IMG/VR virus record: IMGVR_UViG_3300025875_000012
Coordinates: 4,647-68,646 of that record
Reading direction: 5' to 3' (one strand)
Source of the DNA: a virus
Taxonomy: Duplodnaviria > Caudoviricetes
Length of the DNA stretch: 64,000 nucleotides
Under the pieces are notes generated by a model. The model searched no databases. It saw only the letters and a program-made list of their open reading frames with translations, and was not told where the DNA came from. Shown piece by piece: positions 35,664-44,273 of the stretch. The first letter of the stretch is position 1. Each line of letters starts with the position of its first letter. The position numbers were made by a program, and so were the translations under genes.

Positions 35664-35836
35664 TGGGCGCGAGCGTGCGGGTCGAGCGCAAGGCCGAGGA
35701 CAAGAAGGCGGGCATGACCCTGGACGAGCTGGCGGCGTTCGTCCAGGAGGCCATGCGGCACGACGTGCCGGGGGACACCCGGATCACCGCGCTGGCGGGC
35801 TTCCGGGCCCAGCTGCAGGCCGTGGGGACGGCCTGA
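35663..35836 (+). CDS. Hypothetical protein
   Basis: TGATG overlap; GMTLDELAAFVQEA. Confidence 0.6.
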   Translation: MGASVRVERKAEDKKAGMTLDELAAFVQEAMRHDVPGDTRITALAGFRAQLQAVGTA

Positions 35837-36021
35837 TGGCTCTCCGAGCGATCAACGCCGACGACTGCGAGCTGGTCGGCCAAGATCACTGGCTGGTCGA
35901 GACCAAGGACGAGGACGGCCACCACTACCACCTCTTCGAGGACGACCCGTGGGTGCCCGAGGTCGAGCCGCCGGGCGTCGGCCGGCGCGAGGAGGAGGTG
36001 CCCGATGGCGCTGGAGCGTGA
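35836..36021 (+). CDS. Hypothetical protein
   Basis: TGATG overlap. Confidence 0.5.
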   Translation: MALRAINADDCELVGQDHWLVETKDEDGHHYHLFEDDPWVPEVEPPGVGRREEEVPDGAGA

Positions 36022-36235
36022 CGACCTGGTCCGCCTGGTCGCGCTGGAGCTGCGCAACGGCGGCAGCGCGGAGACCATCGTCGACGAGGTGCTGGTGCCG
36101 GCGCTGGCGGCGATGCAGAGCCCTCGCTCGGCCATCGACGTGATGTGGCAGTCCTGGCAGGCCAGCCGGGACAGGCAGATCGAGATCATCAACCGCCTGC
36201 GCGCCCTCCTTGACTCGAAAGATCGTCAAGACTAG
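36005..36235 (+). CDS. Hypothetical protein
   Basis: GAGGAGG RBS. Confidence 0.6.
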   Translation: MALERDDLVRLVALELRNGGSAETIVDEVLVPALAAMQSPRSAIDVMWQSWQASRDRQIEIINRLRALLDSKDRQD

Positions 36236-36238
36236 ATT
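36210..36238 (+). promoter_or_regulatory. SigA-type promoter upstream of the resolvase/primase genes
   Basis: TTGACT-N17-TAGATT. Confidence 0.65.
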
Positions 36239-36332
36239 CATTCGCGGTAGGTGACCCTGGCCCCAGCCCCTCTTCCCCGAGGCTGGGGCCCTGCCATCTA
36301 CCGACCACCTACCCCGTGGACAGGACACCTCC

Positions 36333-37064
36333 ATGACCATGACCGCTGCGGCGTCGTTCCAGGCCTTCCTGACCGGCGCCAAGATCATCAACGGCTTCGA
36401 CCGCTCCTCGCGGGTCTTCGGCGACCTGCCCGTCCAGCTGTGCTGGACCTCCTGGATGGACCCCGGCGTGCACACCGGCTTCGCCATGGTGCTCTACGCC
36501 ACCGCCGGCCCCTCGGACGCCCGGGCCACCGACATCGCCCAGCACTACGACACGACCATGAAGCGCATCGGCGTGGCCGGCTGGCCGGGCGGGGAGCCGG
36601 GCGCGGTCCAGGGCGGGCTCCCCGACCTCTGCAGCGCCGCGCTGCTGGCCGTGCACACCGAGCTGCTCACCGGCGACGAGAACGGCCAGGTCCGCACCGC
36701 GGTGTCCCGCGTCGGCCGGCTGGGCGCGGTGTTCGCCGGCAGCCCGTTCTGGGACGCCAGCCCGCCGGACGACCCCTCGGACGGGACCCCGCACATCGGA
36801 GCCGCCGGCATCGGCGCCGAGAGCTTCATCAACCTGCGCTCCGAGCGCGACCGCGACTACCTCTCCCCGGTCCGAGTACGGTCGGCGTTCGGCTACGCGC
36901 TCGAGGAGGAGTACGGGGTGGCCATGGACAGCCAGCAGCCCGGGGACGCCAAGAGCGCCTTCTCCGACATCCGCACCAAGCGCGCCGGCATCTACATCCC
37001 CGGGCCGGACCACGTCCGCGACGCCTTCGCGCACGCTCTGCTCGCCATCAGGAGGAACGGATGA
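36333..37064 (+). CDS. RuvC-like Holliday junction resolvase
   Basis: MDPGVHTG, AESF, QQPGDAK, PDHVRDA catalytic pattern. Confidence 0.7.
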   Translation: MTMTAAASFQAFLTGAKIINGFDRSSRVFGDLPVQLCWTSWMDPGVHTGFAMVLYATAGPSDARATDIAQHYDTTMKRIGVAGWPGGEPGAVQGGLPDLCSAALLAVHTELLTGDENGQVRTAVSRVGRLGAVFAGSPFWDASPPDDPSDGTPHIGAAGIGAESFINLRSERDRDYLSPVRVRSAFGYALEEEYGVAMDSQQPGDAKSAFSDIRTKRAGIYIPGPDHVRDAFAHALLAIRRNG

Positions 37065-37213
37065 CCGTCTTCGTCTGCCCGCAGTGCCGTCGGCAGTGGG
37101 AGAAGCGGCCCCTGACCCGCTCCCACGCCTTCCCGCCCGACCACAAGATCCCGCCCCGCGGCGAGCCCGTCACCATCTTCGGCCGCTGCCCCGGTACGCC
37201 CGTGGAGGTGTGA
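37061..37213 (+). CDS. Small Cys-containing protein
   Basis: AGGAGG RBS; CPQC...H...C. Confidence 0.55.
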   Translation: MTVFVCPQCRRQWEKRPLTRSHAFPPDHKIPPRGEPVTIFGRCPGTPVEV

Positions 37214-37216
37214 CCC

Positions 37217-37525
37217 GTGCTCCACCTTCCGCACTCGTTCGACTCGCCGGCACCACAGCCGTGGTGCACCTGCTGGTCGTGGCCGATCCACGACCACCCG
37301 ACCGGCGCCACCGAGATGCTGCAGCTGAACCCGGAGTGCCCGCGGCACGGACAGGTTGCCGACCCGTCTCGGTGGATGCGGATGGACGCGACCTGGATCG
37401 CACACCTCCTCGCCGCCGCCGGCAGCGTTGACCGCCTGGTCCAGCTGCGCGTCGACGTCACCGCCAAGGTCGGCGCGAAGCTCGGCTGGCCGCCACACCT
37501 CAACCCGTTCCCGAAGAAGGTGTGA
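37217..37525 (+). CDS. Hypothetical protein
   Basis: GGAGG RBS; 102 aa. Confidence 0.5.
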   Translation: MLHLPHSFDSPAPQPWCTCWSWPIHDHPTGATEMLQLNPECPRHGQVADPSRWMRMDATWIAHLLAAAGSVDRLVQLRVDVTAKVGAKLGWPPHLNPFPKKV

Positions 37526-37529
37526 GCCC

Positions 37530-40052
37530 GTGCTGACCCCCGAGCACGCCGACTTCCTCGCCACCCAGGGCATCTCCGAGGCCACCCTGACGCTGCAGGG
37601 CATCTACTCCATCACCGAGGTCGACCAGCTGCCGGCCGACTTCGCCTGGGCCGGCGAGCGCGCGGTGCCCGCCATCGCGTTCCCCTGGATCACCCCGTCT
37701 GGGCGCCACGTCGTCCAGCTGCGGCCGGACACCCCCGTCGAGGTGCCGGAGGAGGACCGGCCGCGGAAGTACCTGTGGCCCAAGGGCTCGGGCTCGCCCA
37801 TCGGGGTGGCCCGGCACGACGACCAGAGCGACCTGGTGTTCTTCGTCGAGGGGACCAAGCAGTCCCTGGCCGTGGCCAGCCACGTCTCCGAGGGCTCGGT
37901 CTACGCCATCGCCGGGTGCCGCACCTGGTCCGAGGACGGGGTGCCCGTGACCGACCTGGACGTCGCCGAGGGCCACCAGGTGCTGCTGTGCTTCGACGCC
38001 GACGTCGAGACCAACCCCGACGTCTGGGAGGCCGCTTCGAAGTTCACCGAGGCCCTGCGCGCCGAGGGCGCGTCGGACATCTCCTACCTGATGGTCCCGG
38101 GCGGGGCCAAGGTCGGACTCGACGACGTACTCGGCTCCCGGGACCCCGAGCGCCGCGGCGCCTACCTGCAGCGCCTGGTCGACAGCGCCAGCTCCAAGCT
38201 GCCGAAGAAGCCCAAGAAGAAGGCCCCGTCCCCGCGGGCCATCGGCACCCCGGACCGCCCCAAGATCGAGGTCAACGCCGACCGGCATCTGGTGATCAAC
38301 CAGATCCTGGCCGCGCTCAAGCGCTGGGACGGCACCCGGCTGTTCAACTACGGCGGCGTGCTGTCGGAGCTCCGCGGCTCCGACGTCGACCCGCTCAACC
38401 GGGACAAGTTCTGCGCCGTGCTGGCCGAGGGCTCGACGTGCGTCTCCCTCAACCCCCAGGGCTTCCCGACCTACCAGTGGCCCGACGGGCCCACCCTGGG
38501 CGCGGCCATGACCAAGGCCGACGAGTTCACCGAGCTGGCCCGGGTCTCCCGGATGCCCATCGTGCGGGCCGACGGGACGATCTGCGCCACCAGCGGGTAC
38601 GACGCCGAGACCCGGACCATGGTCATCCTCCCCGACGAGCTCGAGGGCCTGGAGGTCCCCGAGCTTCCCACGCCCGAGGACGTCGAGGCGGCCGCGGAGC
38701 TGCTGCTGGAGGACTGGCTGGTCGACTTCATGCCGTCCCTGCCCACGCCCTCGGACCGGGCCAACCTGCTCGGGCTGATGCTCACCCCGCTGATCCGCGG
38801 CCTGGTGCCGCTGGTGCCCCTGGCGGTGGTGGACGGCCTGCAGGCCGGCGTCGGCAAGAACCTGCTGGCGGACCTCCTGGCCCTGCTGGTGACCGGCACG
38901 ACCGCCCAGCCCCTGCCCTACGCCCGCGACGACGAGGAGGTCCGCAAGGTCATCACGTCGGCCTTCCGCTCGGGCGCCGAGCTGTTCCTCTTCGACGAGG
39001 CCCACGTCGTCGAGGGCGCCAACTTCGCCCGGGCCCTGACCTCGATCACGTACAAGGACCGCGTGCTCGGCGTGAGCAACATGGCCGAGTACCCCAACAA
39101 CGTGACCTGGGTCAGCCTGGGCAACAACGTGGTGGTCAACGGTGACATGAGCCGGCGGGTCTACCGGATCGCCCTGCACTCCACGGTGGCCAACCCCCAG
39201 GACCGGCCCGAGGTCGCCTTCCACCACCCCGACATCCGGGCCTGGACGCTGGTGCACCGCACCGAGCTGGTGAGCGCCCTGCTGACCCTGATCCGGGCCT
39301 GGTACGTGGCCGGCGAGCCCGGTCCGGCCGAGCCCATCTCGTTCGGCTCGTTCGAGCGCTGGGCCAAGATCGCCGGCGGCGTGCTGCACCTGGCCGGCAT
39401 CGAGGGCTTCCTGGGCAACCTGGTCGGCTGGCGCTCGGAGAGCGACTTCGAGCGCACCTACTGGAGCGACCACCTCCAGTGGCTGCGCGAGTCCTTCGGC
39501 GACCAGGCGTTCACCACGCGCCAGGTGCAGGCCCTGCTGGCCGCGGACCCGGTCAACGCCGAAATGCCCCCGCGGATGGCCGATCCGACCCTCAAGGGCT
39601 TCTCCCGCGAGCTCGCCCAGGTCTACAGCAAGCACCGCGACCGCATCGTCAACGGCCTTCGGCTCGGCAAGAGCCAGCAGACCGGCCATGGTCGAGTGAC
39701 GAAGTGGACCGTCTCCGACGTGATCGAGCCCGTTTCGGAGGTTCGGGAGGTTTCCCCCTCCGAGGGGAAACCTCCGCTCGAAGGGGTCCAAATCGCCGGT
39801 TTTCGGCCCGAAAACGCTGAAACTGCGGGGCTGAATGGTTCGGGAGGTTCGGGAGGTTACGGAGGATCGGTACACCCCACCTCTCCCGTGCACACACGCA
39901 GGCGTGTGCGTGCGGGCGTGCGCGACCCGGTGATCGGCCCAACCTCCGCAACATCCAAACCTCCGGTTATCTCTTACGAGGTCGCCGACCTCAACGGCCG
40001 CTCCCATGAGCAGGTCAGGGCTAGATTCGTGCGAGCAGAGCAGATAGGGTAG
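37530..40052 (+). CDS. DNA primase-helicase (DUF3854-type TOPRIM + P-loop)
   Basis: GTG 37530; FVEGTKQ, CFDADV TOPRIM motifs; QAGVGKNLLA Walker A; LFLFDE Walker B; LGNN. Confidence 0.85.
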   Translation: MLTPEHADFLATQGISEATLTLQGIYSITEVDQLPADFAWAGERAVPAIAFPWITPSGRHVVQLRPDTPVEVPEEDRPRKYLWPKGSGSPIGVARHDDQSDLVFFVEGTKQSLAVASHVSEGSVYAIAGCRTWSEDGVPVTDLDVAEGHQVLLCFDADVETNPDVWEAASKFTEALRAEGASDISYLMVPGGAKVGLDDVLGSRDPERRGAYLQRLVDSASSKLPKKPKKKAPSPRAIGTPDRPKIEVNADRHLVINQILAALKRWDGTRLFNYGGVLSELRGSDVDPLNRDKFCAVLAEGSTCVSLNPQGFPTYQWPDGPTLGAAMTKADEFTELARVSRMPIVRADGTICATSGYDAETRTMVILPDELEGLEVPELPTPEDVEAAAELLLEDWLVDFMPSLPTPSDRANLLGLMLTPLIRGLVPLVPLAVVDGLQAGVGKNLLADLLALLVTGTTAQPLPYARDDEEVRKVITSAFRSGAELFLFDEAHVVEGANFARALTSITYKDRVLGVSNMAEYPNNVTWVSLGNNVVVNGDMSRRVYRIALHSTVANPQDRPEVAFHHPDIRAWTLVHRTELVSALLTLIRAWYVAGEPGPAEPISFGSFERWAKIAGGVLHLAGIEGFLGNLVGWRSESDFERTYWSDHLQWLRESFGDQAFTTRQVQALLAADPVNAEMPPRMADPTLKGFSRELAQVYSKHRDRIVNGLRLGKSQQTGHGRVTKWTVSDVIEPVSEVREVSPSEGKPPLEGVQIAGFRPENAETAGLNGSGGSGGYGGSVHPTSPVHTRRRVRAGVRDPVIGPTSATSKPPVISYEVADLNGRSHEQVRARFVRAEQIG
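39737..39964. repeat. Iteron-like GGA(G/T)GTT array inside the primase 3' end (candidate origin)
   Basis: GGAGGTT at 39737, 39746, 39843, 39852; inverted AACCTCC/AACATCC at 39769, 39941, 39950, 39958; 12-bp perfect hairpin 39746-39775; local AT enrichment. Confidence 0.7.
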
Positions 40053-40056
40053 AAAC

Positions 40057-40347
40057 ATGGCGAAGTTGAAGGACATCGAGCCCATCGGGGTCGGGCTGGT
40101 GAACGTCCAGGACGTCTACCGGACGCTCGACGGTCTGAGCGGGGACTACCGCTCCCGGGACCTGTACGAGCGCTACTGCGAGGCGGCCAGGGACGCCCGC
40201 CGCACGCCGGCGAGCATCAACATGTTCAGCCGCGAGCTCACCCGGATCGGCCTCCGCCGGTTCGTCACCCGCAACATGGCCACCTGGACCGTCCAGCCGG
40301 ACGTCGTCCTCCGGGCCGTGGCCCAAGAGCTGGGAGTACCGAAGTGA
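40057..40347 (+). CDS. Stand-alone winged-helix protein resembling a D5/P4 primase C-terminal domain
   Basis: SRDLYERYCEAA...PASINMFSRELTRIG. Confidence 0.55.
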   Translation: MAKLKDIEPIGVGLVNVQDVYRTLDGLSGDYRSRDLYERYCEAARDARRTPASINMFSRELTRIGLRRFVTRNMATWTVQPDVVLRAVAQELGVPK

Positions 40348-40688
40348 ACAGCGACCAGGACCGTTCAAGTTACGACGGGCGCCACGAGTTCGACCCTGGC
40401 TGGACCGGCATGAGCGTCCAGTGCAACGCCCTGGTGACGCGCCTAGGCGACACCGACATCTGCGACCTGCCCCGGGAGGCGCACGTCGTCGAGCCCGAGG
40501 CCACCGAGGACCTCGTGGTCGACTTTGAGGGCGCCCCGGTCAAGAAGCTGAGCCTGGTCACCACCAGCCGCGGTCTGACCTACGCCGTGGAGGGCGGGGA
40601 GGTCTTCCGCACCGACATCCCGCTCCCCACCGGCGAGACGGCCTGGGACGCCCACGTCCGCACCGCGCTGGCCATCGTCGGTGGGTAA
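40344..40688 (+). CDS. Hypothetical protein
   Basis: GTGA overlap, GGGAG RBS. Confidence 0.6.
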   Translation: MNSDQDRSSYDGRHEFDPGWTGMSVQCNALVTRLGDTDICDLPREAHVVEPEATEDLVVDFEGAPVKKLSLVTTSRGLTYAVEGGEVFRTDIPLPTGETAWDAHVRTALAIVGG

Positions 40689-40881
40689 GCCGCGACTGCC
40701 CCTGGTCGAGCGGATGCGCCGGACCGTGGATGCGGACCTCAAGAGACGGGGCGCAGCCATAATGCCTGCGGACCGCGTCACGATGTGCGACCTGCTCACC
40801 GAGGCCGCCGACCGCATCGAGCTGCTCGAGTCGGTCGAGGACCCCGTCCAAGAGGACCCCGAAGGAGACCCCGATGCCTGA
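40681..40881 (+). CDS. Hypothetical protein
   Basis: DLLTEAADRIELLE motif; overlaps neighbours. Confidence 0.55.
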   Translation: MGKPRLPLVERMRRTVDADLKRRGAAIMPADRVTMCDLLTEAADRIELLESVEDPVQEDPEGDPDA

Positions 40882-41458
40882 GACCACCGAACCCCGCCAG
40901 CCCGCGCCCGGTGCCTGGCCCACGCCTCAGCAGTGGGTGTGGATGTGGGAGGACGCCTCCCCGGATCGGCGCCTGGAGATCGCCCGCCAGGTGCTGACCC
41001 AGGGCCAGAAGGCGGTCGAGTGCTTCTCGCACGACCACACCCGCCGCATCGTCGAGCTGCAGCACCAGCTCGACACCGAGCGCACCGTGGCCCACAAGGT
41101 GTCGTCCGCGCTGGGCGCCACCACGCGCCGGCTCAAGGAGCTGGTGGAGTCGCTGGTCACGACCGTGCCGCAGCTGGACGACCACTTCTACGAGCACGTC
41201 CGGCTACCCCCGGACGAGATGCCGCGGATGGACTACAACGAGATCGGCGCCGCGGCCGCTCGACGTGCGGACCTGATCAGGGCCGGGGTGAGCGACGAGG
41301 ACCTGGTCCAGGCCGAGGCGGCCACGGCCATCCTCGCCGCCCAGGACGGTGCCGGCCCGCTGCCCATGGTCGAGGTGCAGGAGCCCGAAGGTGCGGCCGA
41401 GGTGCCGCCACACGAGCACACCGAGCACGGTTGCTCGGTGTGTGGTGGTCACGACTAG
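40874..41458 (+). CDS. Hypothetical coiled-coil protein
   Basis: AAGGAG RBS; 194 aa. Confidence 0.65.
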   Translation: MPETTEPRQPAPGAWPTPQQWVWMWEDASPDRRLEIARQVLTQGQKAVECFSHDHTRRIVELQHQLDTERTVAHKVSSALGATTRRLKELVESLVTTVPQLDDHFYEHVRLPPDEMPRMDYNEIGAAAARRADLIRAGVSDEDLVQAEAATAILAAQDGAGPLPMVEVQEPEGAAEVPPHEHTEHGCSVCGGHD

Positions 41459-41685
41459 TGCTGTCGCTGCTGGCCCAGGAGACCGCGAAGAAGGAGCGGC
41501 TGGCCCGGGCCTTGGAGGCCGTGCTCCAGCACGCCGACGAGATGACCGCCCTCAGCAGCCCGACCGGCCCCGGCCTACGCCGTCTGGTCGAGCGGGCCCT
41601 GGGTGTAACGAAGCCGCCGGCTGCAGCGATAGACCAGGTGAGAGGGGCAACCCAGGCCCCTCCGGAACGAAAGGCCACACCATGA
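41458..41685 (+). CDS. Hypothetical protein
   Basis: TAGTG overlap. Confidence 0.45.
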   Translation: MLSLLAQETAKKERLARALEAVLQHADEMTALSSPTGPGLRRLVERALGVTKPPAAAIDQVRGATQAPPERKATP

Positions 41686-41816
41686 TCCGTCGCACCGCCG
41701 CCCTGGTCGCCCTCACCGCCGTGCTCGCCGGCGTCGGCCTGGCCAGCACCGCCACGCACGCCGACGCCGGCGCGCGCATCAAGGGCGGGGAGGTCACCCA
41801 GAGCGCGCGCATCTGA
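41682..41816 (+). CDS. Small secreted peptide (signal-peptide-like)
   Basis: MIRRTAALVALTAVLAGVGLASTATHA-DAG; 44 aa. Confidence 0.55.
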   Translation: MIRRTAALVALTAVLAGVGLASTATHADAGARIKGGEVTQSARI

Positions 41817-41886
41817 CCCCCGCCCGCACGAACCGCGGCCCTTGCACCCTGACCGGTGCGGGGGCCGTTCGCGTTACCCTGACGCC

Positions 41887-42237
41887 ATGACCTTCTCCCA
41901 GTCCGTCGACGTCCTGCCCGACCAGCTCGTGCACGAGGCCGTCGACCCGATCAAGCGGGCCGGCCTCTCTCCGGAGCACGCCCGCCTGTTCGACGCCGGG
42001 GTGGTGGCAGCCGAGGCGGTGCGCCGAGCCCACTGGGAGCACACCGCCATCCGGGTCACGATCACCGGCTGGGTGCCCGTCGGTGAGGGCGGGATGTCCG
42101 GTCTGAACATCGGCATCGGTCCGATGCCTCCGCTGGCGGGCGAGATGCCCGGACCGATCACAGGCCAGAAGGTGACCGGGTCCTGGGAGCCCTCGACCAT
42201 GCCGACCAAGCTCGATCGGCCGGGGGCCGTGGTCTGA
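41887..42237 (+). CDS. Hypothetical protein
   Basis: ATG 41887; 116 aa. Confidence 0.5.
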   Translation: MTFSQSVDVLPDQLVHEAVDPIKRAGLSPEHARLFDAGVVAAEAVRRAHWEHTAIRVTITGWVPVGEGGMSGLNIGIGPMPPLAGEMPGPITGQKVTGSWEPSTMPTKLDRPGAVV

Positions 42238-42509
42238 TGGCCGTCTACGACCCGCTGAACAGCGCGAAGAACCGCGGGCCCTCGGAGTACGGGGGCTCGG
42301 CCGGCACGCCGCAGCCGTTCGCGGCCGGGCACGAGGTGCTCACCCCCGCCGAGAAGCGCCGGATCGTCCAGCAGGAGACCATGGCCTCGGCCGGGGTGAT
42401 GGAGGACCTGAGCCCCACCGACGACCACTACGACGCCGTGCTCGAGCTGCAGGAGAAGCGCCGCCACATCTACGCCAGCGGCCACACCCTCGACGACGCC
42501 TTGTCGTAG
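42237..42509 (+). CDS. Hypothetical protein
   Basis: TGATG overlap; 90 aa. Confidence 0.55.
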   Translation: MAVYDPLNSAKNRGPSEYGGSAGTPQPFAAGHEVLTPAEKRRIVQQETMASAGVMEDLSPTDDHYDAVLELQEKRRHIYASGHTLDDALS

Positions 42510-42536
42510 AGGTCCCACACCCAGGAAGGCCAGACC

Positions 42537-42896
42537 ACGTCCAGGTACCGCAAGAAGCCCGTCGAGATCGAAGCCCGGCAGTTGGCCGGCACCCCTGCCC
42601 AGATGCACGACGTCTACCAGTGGGTGGAGCAGAACACTCAGGGGTCGTTCGACCCGGACATCGCTGAGTTGCCAGCCTCGGGAGTCAGCATCGACCCAGG
42701 AACCGGCTTCATGCTGATCGCCACTCTCGAAGGTGTCATGCAGGTCAAGCCGGACGACTGGATCATCCGGGGCGTGCAGGGTGAGTTCTATCCGTGCAAG
42801 CCCGACATCTTCAAGGCCACGTACGAGCCGGTCACTGGGCTGCCGCCCGGTCCGCCTCCGCCTCCGCCGCCGCCCCCGGGTCGGATGGTCGGGTGA
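42537..42896 (+). CDS. Conserved phage protein (YRKKPVEIEA family) with apparent ACG start and polyproline tail
   Basis: AGGAAGG RBS then ACG-TCC-AGG-TAC-CGC-AAG-AAG-CCC; TLEGVMQVKPDDWIIRGVQGEFYPCKPDIF. Confidence 0.75.
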   Translation, partial: TSRYRKKPVEIEARQLAGTPAQMHDVYQWVEQNTQGSFDPDIAELPASGVSIDPGTGFMLIATLEGVMQVKPDDWIIRGVQGEFYPCKPDIFKATYEPVTGLPPGPPPPPPPPPGRMVG

Positions 42897-43351
42897 TCGC
42901 CACCGAGCCGACCCCGGTCATGCTCAGCGCCGCCCTGGTCTACGCCAGGGCGGCGCTGCCGTTGGAGGGGTGCGGGGTGTTCTTCTACCCCGACCAGCGC
43001 TTGGCCGTCGGGGCCGGCGGCCGGCCCATCACCGGGGTGCCGATGTTCGTGGCCATCCCCAACACCGCGGCCGACCCGGCCAGCTCGTTCGAGTTCGACT
43101 ACCTGACCATGGCCCGCCGCATCGGCCTGGCCTACTGGGGCGTGCCCGCCGGCCAGGTCCAGCTCTGGCACGCCCACCCCGACACCTCCGGGCCCAGCCC
43201 CGAGGACCACGCCATGGTCGACCAGCTGGCCGCGGCGATGGCCGGCCACCCCACCTGGGGCGTCGCCCTCGAGCACCGGCTGCTGTCCCTGGGCGACGAG
43301 ACCTGGTGGAGCTACACCAGTGCGGTGGCAGAGAGGACGATGAGGGCATGA
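42893..43351 (+). CDS. JAB/MPN+ (JAMM) metalloprotease
   Basis: PLEGCG...WHAHPDTSGPSPED matches E...HxH-x6/7-S-x2-D. Confidence 0.8.
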   Translation: MIATEPTPVMLSAALVYARAALPLEGCGVFFYPDQRLAVGAGGRPITGVPMFVAIPNTAADPASSFEFDYLTMARRIGLAYWGVPAGQVQLWHAHPDTSGPSPEDHAMVDQLAAAMAGHPTWGVALEHRLLSLGDETWWSYTSAVAERTMRA

Positions 43352-43773
43352 CCGAGCTCCAGCACATCCGCGAGGTGAAGACCGCGCTGCCCAGGCGGAT
43401 CGTCGACGGCGACACCTGGTGGTGCTACGTCGACCTCGGCTACCGCCAGCTCGGCTACTTCGAGTTCCGGCTGCACGGCTGGGACACCCCCGAGAAGCAG
43501 GGCCCGCTGACCACCGAGCTGGAGCGCCAGGTGGCCCGCAGCGCCGCTGCGGTGGCCACCGCCTGGTGGAATGCCCAGATCCAGGCCGGCGACCGGCGCA
43601 TCCTGATCCAGTCCGAGAAGGACCCCGAGAAGTACGGGCGCTGGCTGGGCGTGCTCTGGGCCGAGACCGCGAGCGGCCAGCGCTTCCCCCTGGGCGAGCA
43701 CCTGGCCATCCTCGGCCTGGCCGTGCCGAGCGATGGCACCGCCGGCACCCGCTGGCGGGACGTCCATGGCTGA
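43348..43773 (+). CDS. Thermonuclease (SNase-like)
   Basis: RRIVDGDT...RLHGWDTPE...EKYGRWLG. Confidence 0.85.
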   Translation: MTELQHIREVKTALPRRIVDGDTWWCYVDLGYRQLGYFEFRLHGWDTPEKQGPLTTELERQVARSAAAVATAWWNAQIQAGDRRILIQSEKDPEKYGRWLGVLWAETASGQRFPLGEHLAILGLAVPSDGTAGTRWRDVHG

Positions 43774-43993
43774 CTCGCCCGAGGTCGTCGAGCTGGAGCG
43801 CGCCATCACCGGGGCGGTCGAAGGCACGCTGGTGACGAAGTGGACGGTCCTGGCCGAGGTCATCGACGACCAGGGCGAGACCTCGTTCCAGTCCATCGTC
43901 AGCGACAGCATGTCGCTCTGGGACCAGCTCGGCTTCCTGGCGTTCCAGACCCGGTTCAAGGAGCAGATGGTCGAGCGCGCGAGCGACGACTGA
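43766..43993 (+). CDS. Hypothetical protein
   Basis: ATG 43766; LVTKWTVLAEVID. Confidence 0.65.
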   Translation: MADSPEVVELERAITGAVEGTLVTKWTVLAEVIDDQGETSFQSIVSDSMSLWDQLGFLAFQTRFKEQMVERASDD

Positions 43994-44041
43994 TCGGCTA
44001 GCCTCTCCCCGAACAACGTTCCTCAACCCCAGGAGAAGGCC

Positions 44042-44200
44042 ATGCCCCAGACCCAGACCATCGACGAGACCGTCCAGCCCGGCGAGACCACCCGCGAGTG
44101 GTGCCAGCGCGTGCACCCCGAGTGGAACGTCAAGGACACGGGCCGCATCAAGATCAGCTACGTCGAGGCCTACGACAAGGCCCAGGCCGGCAAGGCCTGA
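44042..44200 (+). CDS. Mini Lsr2-like DNA-binding protein (C-terminal domain only)
   Basis: 52 aa, not in the ORF track; AGGAG RBS; TREWCQRVHPEWNVKDTGRIKISYVEAYDKA resembles Lsr2 IREWA...VSDRGRIP..VVEAY. Confidence 0.7.
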   Translation: MPQTQTIDETVQPGETTREWCQRVHPEWNVKDTGRIKISYVEAYDKAQAGKA

Positions 44201-44213
44201 CCCGCACCACCCG

Positions 44214-44246
44214 GACGCCCGGTCTCCCTCGCGGAGGCCGGGCGTT
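44214..44246 (+). terminator. Hairpin terminator
   Basis: 14-bp stem gacgcccggtctcc/ggaggccgggcgtt. Confidence 0.6.
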
Positions 44247-44273
44247 CGTGCGTCGGAAGGTAACCTCGGGCCC

